Assembly (NCBI RefSeq): GCF_001447785.1
Contig: NW_015171530.1
Span: forward strand, 186,001 to 250,000
Reading direction: 5' to 3'
Length of the DNA: 64,000 bases
Origin: Gekko japonicus
Lineage: Eukaryota
Shown: one piece after another, positions 25,290 to 36,751 of the stretch
How positions within the stretch are numbered: the stretch's first letter is position 1
Layout: every line of letters begins with the position of its first letter
Notes under the pieces: generated by a model
Database searches by the model: none
Told to the model about the DNA's origin: nothing
What the model saw: only the letters and a program-made list of their open reading frames with translations
Made by a program: the position numbers and the translations under genes

Positions 25290-26290
25290 AACTGATTCCA
25301 GAAAGTGTTGCTGGGGAATTCTACTCAGCCCTGTGGCATTTATACTATGGTGTCCCACAGGGTTCCATCTTTTCACGTCATTTAAAATCGACATGAAACT
25401 GCTGGGAGAGGTCATCCAGGAATTTGGAGGTGCCACCAATATGTGGATGACACCCAGCTCTATTTCTCCTTAACAGCTAAGCCACATGGGCAGTCCTGAA
25501 TAGGTACTGGGATGGATGAGTGCCAGTTAACTGAAGCTCAGGCCAGAGAGGACTGAGGTGCAGTTTGTCAATGGAGAAGCTGCTTGGAGATTGTGGAGTC
25601 ATTCTAGTCTTGGAAGGGGTTGCATTCCCTGCGAAGGAGCAAGTTTGTAGCTTGTAGGTGTTACTAGATCCTGACCTACTGTTAGAGACTCAGGTCTCTG
25701 TGACATGTAGTGCTTTTCTTCATCTCCAGCTAGTTTGCCAGCTATGGCTGTTCCTCAAAGCATGATCTGGCCACAGCGATCCATGCTCTGATCATGTCCA
25801 GGTTAGAGTATTGTACTCTGTGCAGGGTTGCCTTTGAAAATGGTCTGGAAACTTCAATTGGTCCAGAATGCAGCAGCCAGGCTACTTTCAGGGACTGGTT
25901 GCAGGGACTCAAATCACTCCAGTTGCAACAGATCTGGCTCTTACCTTTAAGGCTGTATATGGACAGAATATCTCAGGGAACATCTCTTCCAAACTATCCA
26001 GCCTGCCTCTCAAGCCTTGCTTTCTGTGCCTTCAGAGGTGAGGCATGAAGTGACTAGAGACAGGGCATTTTCTGTGGCAGCACCTTGCTTTGGAATGCCC
26101 TCCCCCTTGAAGCTCGCCTGGCACCTTCTTTACTTCCACCCAGGCACCAGGCCTAAAACTCACCTTTTAACCCAGGCTTTTAATTAAGGGGTTTTGTCTT
26201 ACAGCCTTTAGATGGTCTGCTCTGTTCTGAGTAGTTTTTATGCTGCTCATGTTTTCTGGTTTGTGTTTTAGACTGCAGTTTTTAATTGAA
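25290..26290 (+). mobile_element. Degenerate L2-type LINE fragment
   Basis: GGTGTCCCACAGGGTTCC (GVPQGS), TATGTGGATGACACCCAGCTCTAT (YxDDTQLY), and an L2-like 3' region. Confidence 0.65.
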
Positions 26291-26899
26291 GGGATCTGGA
26301 GCAGGACTCTGAAGGGGTGGCAGAAATACTACAGATAGTGTTAGTTACAAGCAGTATGGAAATCCCCGCGGTCTGAGCTCTTGGTTTGCATACCTCTGGT
26401 GGTCTGGCTCTCCTCGGTACAAACTCTGTTTTGTTAAAAGATAATTTATGGGACCTTTATATCATGGCCTTAATCACTGACAACTTAGCGTACCTTAACT
26501 CCCAAACATTTTCATCTGAGTTTGTGGTGATTTGGTTCCCCATTATGGAATATCTGACAAAAGCTGATATTCCTGATGTAATCGACACTCTACATCTGTG
26601 ATCATTTTGAAAGATATTTCGTACTGTTAATATCCGGAATAAAACGGAGGAAAGGGGAGATAACAAAATGACAGACGTGGCCAGTATAACATGCCCAGGA
26701 AAAGAAGACATCATTTGAGTAATGAGAGCACACAGAAAAAGCAGCCAGACGTGTGCGTGAAAGAAGAGGTGGGGATTGTGGTAACTGGGAGTCTTTGCTC
26801 AAAAAATGTGCCTCAAAGTGAGTTTATGCTCTTTTAATAAGGGAGCAGATGATTAACCTGACATTTTAATGAAATCGTTTTAACCTGGCAGACGAGGAT

Positions 26900-27389
26900 T
26901 CTATAAACGGGCATTTTGCCCTCACTGAAAATGGCTCTCAAAGGTTCCCGCCGGTAGCGACCGCGCTATACTTTCCGGAAATCTTCCTCTAGGGCGCCAA
27001 GAAGCTGTTGGGCAGCGCCCGCCCGCGCGCGCCCGCGCTCTATTGAGCGGCCCGCCCGGAAGAAAACCTGAACTCCGGGGGCGGGGGCAGGAAAAAGAGA
27101 GGCAGAGGGCGCGGCGCGCATGTGCAGTAGAGAATAGTAGCGACGGAGAACGCGCCTGCGTAATTCCGACGCGACCCTTGACCGAGCGGGTTGAGTCTGA
27201 CGCGCGGGGGCGTTGTTTGCGCACGCGCACCGTGCTTGGTGGAACAGCCTCCCCAACGAGGAAAGTAAATGGATCGGCGCAGCTTCTTCTTAAAGGGGCA
27301 GTGCCTTAAAGGGGGGGGGGGGGGGGGGCGGTGTCTCCCCAGAGGAGGAAGGCGCCGTAGCCACCAAGCTGCAGGGTGAAAGAGCAGAG
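26900..27389 (+). promoter_or_regulatory. CpG-island promoter and probable non-coding exon 1 for TMEM219 and the Harbinger-derived gene
   Basis: Very CpG-rich, GC boxes, ETS CCGGAA sites, NRF1-like GCGCATGTGC, donor AG|GTAAGC after 27389; no other promoter-like CpG island before the TMEM219 coding exons. Confidence 0.7.
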
Positions 27390-28817
27390 GTAAGCTGGCG
27401 TGACGCCCCTTTTCCTGCCTTGTTTTTGGCTTCTTGCTCTATATAGCCTTTTCTCTCCTTTATCCTTGTCTTGGGTATTTTACCCGACTTAGAGAGCTGC
27501 AACCAACGCACGTTTTGGAGTAAGCGCGTCACTAAACATAAAAGTGTCTATTTCGAAGTAAACGTGCACGGGAATGGACTGACGTTCTCCACCCCCACCC
27601 ACCCCACGTCGTACCAAATGCAAAGCTACTTTTTCTTAACAATTGGGGGCGGAATTCTCAAGGGCTTTAGTTTTGAAGTATGTAGCCCGCGGAAGAAAAT
27701 AGTCAGAAGTTGCCTCGTAGAGAGCCGAGCTATTGGCCTAGTTAGCCTACTCTGATCTTCTCTGACAAACAGTAACTTTGCCCAATCGCTGGTCTGGAGT
27801 TTCCCCCCAGCCTTTTCCTGAGATGCTTTTTAGCCGGATAGTCTCAGGAATTGAACCGTATATAGAATGGATTACTGTTATCTCGTCTGGATCTTACCGA
27901 GGCATGTGCCACGATGGCCCGGTCACCTTCTTCCTGGAACGTCAGCAGCCTACTAGCCAACCTAGGCTGGTTAAATAGTGCACCTGGCTGCCTGTTTATT
28001 AAGGGCCAAAGAAGTCCAGGAGCGTCCCCAAGGTGCACTTTCTAGCATTTATATATGCCAGCCTAGCAGTTAGAAAGCGAGAAATTGCAAGTAGATAAAT
28101 AGGTACCGCTTCGGTGGGAAGGGAACAGCGTTCCATGCGCCTTTACCTGCAGTGTTTTATATACATGATTGTGTTGTAACCCTTACAACAGCTCTCAAAG
28201 ATGGGCTAGCCTTATTTTCCATGGGAAGAATTTGAGGCTGAGGGAGTGTGTCTTGCCTAAAGCCAGCGGGTGTGTTCATGTCAGAGGTGAGATTTGAACT
28301 AAGTCCTAACGGATCATAGCTCCACTCTCTTGGCTGCCGCACTACTCCAACTCATGTTTAGAGGTCTTTATACGTTTCCCCATTTCTAGAGTTTGTGGTT
28401 TATTATTTACAAGTTAATAATTTTTTTAAATAACAACCAGCATTTTGTCCCTGGAAGAGAAGCAATATGCCTACATTCATATAATTCACCCACCCTCCCT
28501 TTTTATCATTGAATCCCAAGCATTTTTTTTGCGAGAAACCTGCTTGCCGATTCTAATCTTGTTTTTTGTAACCCCTGGAAAGCACACCATTTTGGAAGTC
28601 ATTCGCTTGCCTGAGCCCTGTGTCCTTTAGAGCTGGGAGGGAAATCAAAAGTGAAGTCCAAACCCACAACCCTGTTTGTCACCGTGGCCCGCCATTTGTC
28701 TGTGTGCATGCCAGCTCACCTTTCCATCCTGGATCCTGTTTCGAATGCCAGAACTGAATTTAAAAGTTTATTGTGACACCAGAATGCATTTGAGCACATG
28801 CAGATTGTCCATGCCTA

Positions 28818-29050
28818 TAGTAAAGGTAAAGGTTCTCTTGCTCGAAAGCCAGTCAAATCCGACTCCAGGGTTGCGGTGCTCATCTCCGTTTCAAAGCCGA
28901 AGAGCCAGTGCTGTCCAAAGATGTTTCCGTGGTCATGTGGCCGGCATGACTAAACACCGAGGCGCACGGAACACTGTTTCCTTCCCACTGAAGTGGTACC
29001 TATTTATCTACTTGCAATTTCTTGCTTTCGAACTGCTAGGTTGGCAAGAG
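28818..29050 (-). mobile_element. Sauria SINE
   Basis: (AAAGGT)n tail, GTGGTCATGTGGCCGGCATGAC...GTGGTACCTATTTATCTACTTGCA; related copies at ~28065-28150 (+) and 58136-58405 (-). Confidence 0.8.
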
Positions 29051-30258
29051 GTCCATGCCTATAGTCAGCCCCATACTCATCTGAAACTTAGGGGGCTTGG
29101 CTTCAGGTCAGAATGCAGCTGTTCCGGGCAGCCGAATGCCAGTATCTCTGGTTCTATAGTTTAATTATCTGTCCTCTGGCTTCCTCTCTTTCTGTCCCCC
29201 AAAATGCAACATCAGCCTCTCTTCTTGCATGCTCCCCGTGCATGACCACACTGGGAGGATCAGAAGACAAAAGTGTTTCTTAGAGAACCCGCACAGAAGT
29301 GCTGACCTCTTGTTAAAACTGGTACCCCTTGTTGTTAGTAAGGTCATTTCCCTGGCTGTGTGGTTTGATGTCCAACCAGAAGCAAGTACCACTGAGCTCT
29401 GAAGAACTGGTTTCCAAGTAAGGATACTGAGGAGTGTATCCCTAAGGTATTAAGAACCTCTGATAAACTGTGACTTATGAGGAAAAGAAATAACCATGTA
29501 GAGGGTGGGGATTTGAGTCACTTCTCCCCCCCCCCCAAGTCAGGAAATACGGAGGGGAAAAAATCAATGGTAACGTTGGTATGGATAGTGAAGGAGCACC
29601 TGAGTAGAATTATCTGGGTTACTAGGTCAAAAGAACTGCTTTGCTTCCTCGGGCTTTAACCACGGAGAATACATTAGCATTTTGCTCATTTCATGGAAAA
29701 GAGGATTTAAAAATTTCAGTCAGCTGTGATTGTAGTACAGTCTACTGCTGGTTTCCCTAATCTGAATGGTTCAGGGAGCGGAATAGCATGGAAGGGACTT
29801 GAGAGGTTTCACTGAGACCCAGCTGTGCGGTGAATGAAGGCCTGAGAGAACTGGCGTGACTTAAATTGAGCCCAGACAGGGGTTTGGTTTCAAGGCTCTC
29901 TGGGCATCTACAGAGTGCCTTTCCTTCACCACTGAGTAATTACAGCCGAACTCAGTATACCTGAGATTTGGACTTCAGGTTGCGGAGGATGGGTCGCAGA
30001 GAGGCTTGACCATCTGCAGCTGTGCACAGAGGACTGAGGTTGTAGGACAGGAGGTTGTACAGTGGAATGTACCATTTCAGAGTGTAGCTGGTGGATCCTT
30101 TTTTTGAATTTCCCCACTGTTAAAAAAAGGACATCAGGAGAGAAGTTTGGTCCCACCTGCTTCTTGCTGTGCTACTGTTCCACCGGTGGAATGTTTAAAA
30201 ATAACCCACGAGGGAGCATTCAAAATGGTTTTCTCTACCCAGCCTCTGAAATGGTACA

Positions 30259-30789
30259 ACATACAAGAATACTGCTATAGTGCAACCAATACAAAATACT
30301 GTATAACCAATGACAGAATAATCATTCCATAATATTTAGTCTTTTTCTTTTTTTCAATGTAGACGCCGCGAGATGAACATGCAAGACGTCATGAAGAAGT
30401 GAAGGACGAACTTCCCTGGAGTAACCGTTTCGTTTCGGGCCCGGTTTAATACATAGGCTATGTGCCGGTTATAAGCTATTCTGAAGCTGTTAGGAATCAG
30501 AGAGGTCCTTTTGGGAAGTTGTATGAGTATGATGAAGCAGAACTGATGTTTGTATGAGAAAGAAATATCGAAACGAAACGGTTACTCCAGGGAAGTTCGT
30601 CCTTCACTTCTTCATGACGTCTTGCATGTTCATCTCGCGGCGTCTACATTGAAAAAAGAAAAAGATTAAATATTATGGAATGATTATTCTGTCATTGGTT
30701 ATACAGTATTTTGTATTGGTTGCACTATTGCAGTATTCTTGTATGTAGCACGATTGTCATACTGCTTGTCATACCCCCTTGTTTTTTCA
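30259..30789. mobile_element. Young fold-back insertion (long inverted repeat) with 14-bp TSD
   Basis: Arms 30259-30437 and 30569-30746 are reverse complements (about 3 differences); TCTGAAATGGTACA is duplicated at 30245-30258 and 30790-30803. Confidence 0.85.
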
Positions 30790-31112
30790 TCTGAAATGGT
30801 ACAGTCTACAACCTCAGGATTCTACCCCCTCATTCCAATGTGTGTGTAGAACAGCCTTTGGAGTTGAAGGACCAGTTGGCAGGCTGTGTGGAAACTTTAC
30901 AGATGCTAGCTTGAGAAGGTGGAGGCTGGGTTTGAGGAGATGGATGGGGTCTGACACCAGGAGAATAATCAGGAAGTAGTAAAGGTGTGCAGCTGATCAT
31001 TTGGCTTGTGGGATACAAGAAGGAAGCTTGGATGGAGTGACTGGGTAGAGTCACAACATGTAACCCCTTGAAAGCTTAAGGATTTTGAAACGGTATGGTT
31101 AGGTGTTCTGCT

Positions 31113-31375
31113 GAGCCAGATTGGTGTAGTGGTTAAGAGTGGCAGACTCTAATCTGGAGAACGGGGGTTCATTCCCCATTCCTCCTCATGTAGCTGCTGG
31201 TGTGACCTTGGGTCAGTCACAGTTCTCTCAGAGCTGTTCTCGAGTAGTTCTCTCAGAGCTCTCTCGGCCCCACCCACCTCACCGTGTGTCTGTTGTGGGG
31301 AGGCGAGGGGAAAGGAGATTGTAAGCGGCCCCGAGTGAAGTGTTGGGTATAAATCCAATCTCTCCTCCTCCTCCT
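31113..31375 (+). mobile_element. tRNA-derived SINE (Squam3-like)
   Basis: GAGCCAGATTGGTGTAGTGGTTAAG...TATAAATCCAATCTCTCC. Confidence 0.75.
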
Positions 31376-31663
31376 TGAGTGTGGTGGAACCATCCCCTTC
31401 ACCTCGGTGAAAGGAGGAAATGCTCTTTGTCATTGACATGTAAACGTGATTCAATTAGTGAGCAAAAACCCAATTACAATTTATTGCCCTTCAGTCCAAC
31501 AGTGCCTTTGCAGTCGGAAGTGCAAGGACTGGTCAGCCCTGCCCAGTGATGTGATCCCTGCCTTGGCCAGTGGCTTCAGGAGGGGACAGGGTTTTCTCTT
31601 GCAGCACAGCGTGACATCACTTCCTCCCGAGTCGGCAGTGAACTTCAGAAAAAGGGAAGAGAA

Positions 31664-33019
31664 ATGGAGCAGGAGTGTCTGGCTCTCGTCGCGGCCTGTG
31701 TCCAAACCTCCCAGTTGCTAGTGCAGCAATGGATGCTCAACAGGCGCACCGTGGTTTTTGCCATAGCGAGGATTCTGCAGCGGAGGCGCTTCCGCAGATC
31801 CGCTGCCGTCCTGAGGCGCATCCTCTCCGCCAGCGTCCGCCGCAAGAGAGCCCTGCTGCGGCTTCATCGCAACGCTATCGTCTCCGTGGTCACGATGGTG
31901 TACTCCTCGTCCCCCGCGCTCCACTATGAGCACGAGCTGATGGCCTTGTCGGAGCGGTCACACTGGATGCTTCCAAGATGCAGCGAGTGGTGGGAGCGGA
32001 TGATCTCTTCGGAGCAGGACGACAAGTGTTGGATTTCCTTGTTCAGAATGTCACGCTCCACCCTCATGTATATCGCGGAGGAGCTGCGCCCGGCCCTGCA
32101 GCGGCGAGACACCGGCATGAGGTCCCACATCCCCGTCGAGAAAAGGGTCGCCATGACTATCTGGAAGCTAGCTCACCACGACAGCTACAAGACCGTCTCT
32201 GAGCTCTTCGGGGTCGGGATTTCGTCGGCTTGCTCCATCTTCGAAGAGGTGTGCGAGGAAATAAATAGCCGGCTCCTGGCCCAAACCATTCAGCTGGGCG
32301 ATCCTCGGAAAATCATGGAAGGTTTCCAGGAGATGGGCTTCCCCAACTGCCTTGGCGCGATCGATGCCGTGCACATCTCCATCTTGTGCCCCCCATTCTC
32401 TGCGGACTCCTACATTAACTGTAAGGGCTTCTACTCGATGGTCCTGCAGGCGCTGGTGGACAGCAGATCCCGTTTCACTGACATCTACGTCGGTTTTCCC
32501 GAGCGGTCCCACGACTCCCGCATCCTGCACAACTCGCCCTTCTTCAACAGTATGGACGATGGCGCCTTTGGGCCGCAGACCCCAACAGTTTTGGAAGGCG
32601 TTTCGATGACCCCCGTCATCATTGGGGACGCCGCCTACCCGCTCCGCCCCTGGCTGATGAAGCCGTACCCTACTCCAAAAACTGTGGCACAAGAGCATTT
32701 CAATGAGAGGCTAGCCAAGTGCCGGGCGTGCGTGGAGAGAGCGTTCGCCGTCCTGAGAGCTCGCTGGAGGTGCTTGCAGATGCGACTGGACGTGCGGGAG
32801 AAGCTCATTCCTGTTGTCATAGCGACTTGCTGCATCCTGCATAACATATGCGAAATAAAAGGGGATGAGTTGCTGGAGCCGCTGGAAAGTCCTCCGGCGG
32901 CTGAAAGTCAGAACGCTTCAGCCAGGCCAAGGGTGCCGCTATCAGAGGCTGGGCTGACCAAGAGAGCATGCCAGATAAGGGCTGCTTATTGTTCTTATTT
33001 TGAAAAGAATCCTCTGTAG
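31664..33019 (+). CDS. Intact PIF/Harbinger transposase-derived protein (HARBI1/ALP1-like, DDE_Tnp_4 family), 451 aa
   Basis: Uninterrupted ORF with FRMSRSTL, EKRVAMTIWKLA..helix-turn-helix..LFGVGISSA, CLGAIDAVHI, NCKGFYSMVLQALVD, HDSRIL, IGDAAYPLRPWLMKPY, CVERAFAVLRARWRCL and CCILHNICE; AATAAA at 33120. Confidence 0.9.
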   Translation: MEQECLALVAACVQTSQLLVQQWMLNRRTVVFAIARILQRRRFRRSAAVLRRILSASVRRKRALLRLHRNAIVSVVTMVYSSSPALHYEHELMALSERSHWMLPRCSEWWERMISSEQDDKCWISLFRMSRSTLMYIAEELRPALQRRDTGMRSHIPVEKRVAMTIWKLAHHDSYKTVSELFGVGISSACSIFEEVCEEINSRLLAQTIQLGDPRKIMEGFQEMGFPNCLGAIDAVHISILCPPFSADSYINCKGFYSMVLQALVDSRSRFTDIYVGFPERSHDSRILHNSPFFNSMDDGAFGPQTPTVLEGVSMTPVIIGDAAYPLRPWLMKPYPTPKTVAQEHFNERLAKCRACVERAFAVLRARWRCLQMRLDVREKLIPVVIATCCILHNICEIKGDELLEPLESPPAAESQNASARPRVPLSEAGLTKRACQIRAAYCSYFEKNPL

Positions 33020-33437
33020 AAGGGAAAGTGGGGGGGGACGGGACAGGTTCATTTTCCCATGTGATTTCCCTGGGGTGCGAATGCCAACATCCTTAGTGTG
33101 TGTACCCAAGGTTATGACAAATAAAAAGGATATGATTCTGAACAAATTTTCACTTTTAGTTTTTTTAACCAGTGATCTTTTAGGACCATCGCTGTGACAA
33201 AAGTGATTTTCTCTTTTTTAAAATAAACTGCTCCCCCTCGGAATGCGGGATGGGACAGGAACCAGTGACAACAGTGCAAAGTGGAGAAAGCCAGCAGGGG
33301 AAGTCAGGAGTGTGGTTTCTTGCAGATAGGTCCAGCTTTCACTTGCATGAACCAGTGTTATGGAGCCACACCTAACCATGTTTGGTGTCGCGTGGACGAG
33401 ACTTGTGCTTGAAGACGTCCACACCACATCTTCCCCA

Positions 33438-33717
33438 GAGCCAGTTTGGTGTAGTGGAGTAGTGGACTCTAATCTGGGAGAACCGGGTTTGATTCCCCAC
33501 TCCTCCACTTGCACCTGCTGATGTGACCTTGGGTCCTTTGCAAGCTCTGGCACAGCTGTCCTTGAAAAAGGGCAGTTTGTGTCAGAGTTCTCTCGGCCCC
33601 ACCCACCTCACAGGGTGTCTGTTGTGGGGAGGGGAAGGGAAAGGAGTTTGTAAGCCGCTCTGAAACTCCAAGTGAAGGGCAGGGTATAAATCCAATCTCT
33701 TCCTCTTCTTCTTCTTC
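33438..33717 (+). mobile_element. tRNA-derived SINE (Squam3-like)
   Basis: Near-identical to the 7716-7997 and 57646 copies; (CTT)n tail. Confidence 0.75.
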
Positions 33718-34109
33718 ATGTGTTTTCTGATTCACTTAGTTATCTTGTCTTTAGCATAGGCCAGGAGGCCCCAAGTTTGGTGAACCTGTGGGCACAATGG
33801 AATTTTTGAAAATGGGTAAGTGGGGTGCCACCATCAAATGACTGCCATGCGTAGGGAGCAACACTAACCACAGTATGGCTGCCACGGAGGCTGGGGCCAG
33901 TCACAAAATGCTGGGAGGTTCCAAGTCAAGGATCTTCCTACAATGGAGCGAACCGTTTCCAAATGGTGCTCCCTGAAGACACAAAGGTGATGCCTCTTGG
34001 GCTTCCCTGGAGCATCTCCTGCTCCAATGAGATGAAGGAAGGCAAGCTCTGGCTCTTTGGTATCAGGGAAGAGATGCTTTGGCAAAAAAGCAGAGGATAC
34101 CATGATGGT

Positions 34110-35030
34110 GTCCTGGATGGCATACATCCGAGAGTTCTGAAAGAACTCAAATGTGAACTTGTGGATCTCCTTACAAAAATATGTAATCTTTCATTAAAAT
34201 CTGCCTCCATTCCTGAAGACTGGAAGGTAGCTAATGTCACTCCCATCTTTAAAAAGGGTTCCAGAGGAGATCTGGGAAATTACAGGCCAGTCAGTCTGAC
34301 GTCGATACCGGGTAAGTTGGTGGAAACTGTTATTAAGGAAAGAATTAGTAGGCACATTGATGAACAAAAACTATTGAGGCAGACTCAGCATGGGTTCTGT
34401 AAGGGAAGATCTTGTCTCATTAACCTGTTAGTGTTTTTTGAGGGAGTGAACAAACATGTGGACAAGGGGGACCCAATAGATGTTGTTTACCTTGACTTCC
34501 AGAAAGCTCTTGATAAAGTTCCTCATTAAAGGCTCCTAAGTAAGCTCAATAGTCCCGGGATAAAAGGAGAAGTCCTCTTGTGGATCAAAAACTGGCTAAT
34601 TAATAGGAAACAGAGAATGAGTATAAATGGGAAATTTTCTCAGTGGAGGGTGGTAAGCAGTGGGGTACCACAGGGATCAGTACTTGGTCTGATGCTTTTT
34701 AACTTGTTTATTAATGATTTGGATTTGGGAGTAAGCAGTGAAGTGGCTGAATTTGCAGATGACACAAAGTTGTTCAGGATGGTGAGAACCAGGGAGGATT
34801 GTGAGGCACTCCAAAGGGATCTGTCGAGGATGGGCGAGTGGGCATCAACGTGGCAAATGGGGTTCAGTGTGGTCAAGTGTAAAGTGATACACATTGGAGC
34901 CAAAAATCCTAAATACAAATACACATCGATGGGGTCCAAAATGGCAGTGACTGACCAAGAGAGAGATCTTGGAGTAGTAGTAGATAACTCAATGAAAATG
35001 TCTAGATAGTGTGCAACTACAATAAAAAAT
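34110..35030 (+). mobile_element. CR1 LINE ORF2 (reverse transcriptase) fragment
   Basis: DGIHPRVLKEL, PEDWKVANVTPIFKKG, NYRPVSLTS, QHGF, YLDFQKA, GVPQGSVLG, FADDTKL; in-frame stops at 34527 and 35007. Confidence 0.92.
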
Positions 35031-35035
35031 ACTGA

Positions 35036-35580
35036 TAGACCCATCCTCCATGAATCTGTCTAATCTTTTAAAGCTGTCTTATGAATGTGGCCATCACAAC
35101 ATCCTCACAACATTCCACATTATGACTTGTGTAAAGTAGTACTTCCTTTTGTCTGACCTGAATCTACTGCCCATCAGTTTTGTTGCATGTCCTCGAGTGC
35201 TAGTATTTTGGGAATGGGAGGAAAATTTCTTTCTCCCCTCATTCCATCCCATGCATAATTTTATAAACCTCTATGTTATCACTTAGTTGTCTCTTTTCTA
35301 AACTGAAAAGTCCCGGACTCTTCAGCATTTCCTCCTAAGGCAGATGGTCCAACCCCCAAATCATCTCGGTTACCGTCTTTTGTACTTTTTCCAGCTCTGT
35401 GATGTCGAGAGATACAGTGACCAGAACTGCACACAGTCTTCCAAATGAGGCAGCCCCATACAGCATTATACACAGAGCATTATAATATCAGCTGTTTTAT
35501 TTTCAGTCCCTTTCCTAATCCTCACAAAATCCCCTTTTCACTGCTGCAGCACACTGGGTTGACACTTTCATTGAGCTACC
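35036..35580 (-). mobile_element. Degenerate CR1 3' fragment, opposite orientation
   Basis: CCAGAACTGCACACAGT and TTTTCTAAACTGAAAAGTCCC, typical of the reverse strand of the CR1 ORF2 C-terminus. Confidence 0.7.
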
Positions 35581-36544
35581 TACTACTATTCCCCCCCCCC
35601 ACAGCAAAAAAGATGGTTCCCCATGTATAATTCTTTCAGATCTTAAGACCACCTTGTTCCACTGGCTGAGTTTACTCTCTCTGGTGTAGTTCTCCTGTTC
35701 TGACTTGGATTCTCCTTTCATCTGTAGGGGCAGGGTGCTGTTCTAAACTTATCTCAAAGGAAGCAATCAATGTCTGTTGGTTATCTGGTTCCAGGTTTGG
35801 GGTAATCCTTGCACCCCAAGCTGAGTTTTTGGACCAAATGGCTGTAATGCTGGATTTTTCCATTTAATGTTATTCATTTACATTATTTATAGTCATCTGC
35901 TTTTCTCACAGGGGACTCAATGTGGATTACACAGAATAAATCAATACAATTAACAGAGTGAGACATCTGATAGAAACTGCAATAGGTTTTAACTTGTAGA
36001 AATGTGGAAACCAACCAGAGGTGAAGCACAGAATTGGCTTCTGTTTCAGAAACACATAAAGGGTGTTTTGTTTTTAAATTATTTTCTGCAGAGGCCTTAA
36101 TTGGATGATCTCCAGAATCTTAATTTCCTTTACCATGCATCCAAGAGACTCAAATATGTGGAATGAAATAATACCAAAATACATTCATTCCATGTCATGA
36201 TTTCTCAGATTTGATTCTTTTGAGGGGCGCAGTCCTCTTGTGGGACTATCACCTGGGAATTCCATAGGAAAGCACGTGCTTGAGAGCACTCCCTATAAGA
36301 ATCTCCACGCATCTATATATTCCAAATAAGGCAACACAATATCTTCCACATGCATTTTGACACTGGGGTGCTTTGAAATAAATCACCTGTATTCTAAGTA
36401 CAGTATAATCCTCGGTGAAGACTACACTGCATTATCCCCCCAATTGTTCATTAACACTAAATCCATTTTGAAGAACTAACTTTACATTTTGAGCACTGGA
36501 AGTTAGCAGATCACACAAACTGGTTTGAACACTGTACCAGTAAG

Positions 36545-36751
36545 CAATGCTCCCTCTAAGCTGTGGGGTCCTGTGAGCAAAAATTCTACCTTGTGAGCTA
36601 CTGGTATTAAAGTGGTGAGCAAGCGATTCGGCTGCTGCACAAATTCGTTTTGCTCTGGAGCCCTCCTGCCTGAGTGGAGATGAAAATCTGTGAGCTGGAG
36701 GCTAAAAAACCATGAGCTGACTCACACTAACTCAGTTTAGAGGGAACACTG
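36545..36751 (+). mobile_element. hAT-type MITE, copy 4
   Basis: Same TIRs; TSD CCAGTAAG/CCGGTAAG. Confidence 0.82.

Noticed and set aside
30259-30746. The inverted repeat as TIRs of the Harbinger element
   Set aside because: Both arms lie upstream of the ORF rather than flanking it, and a 14-bp TSD does not fit the 3-bp Harbinger TSD.
31664-33019. Calling the ORF the HARBI1 ortholog
   Set aside because: Length, N-terminus and gene neighbourhood differ from canonical HARBI1 as I recall it; only family-level similarity is supported.
33963-35009. Reverse transcriptase ORFs as a host gene or partner of the Harbinger ORF
   Set aside because: Truncated CR1 ORF2 with in-frame stops.
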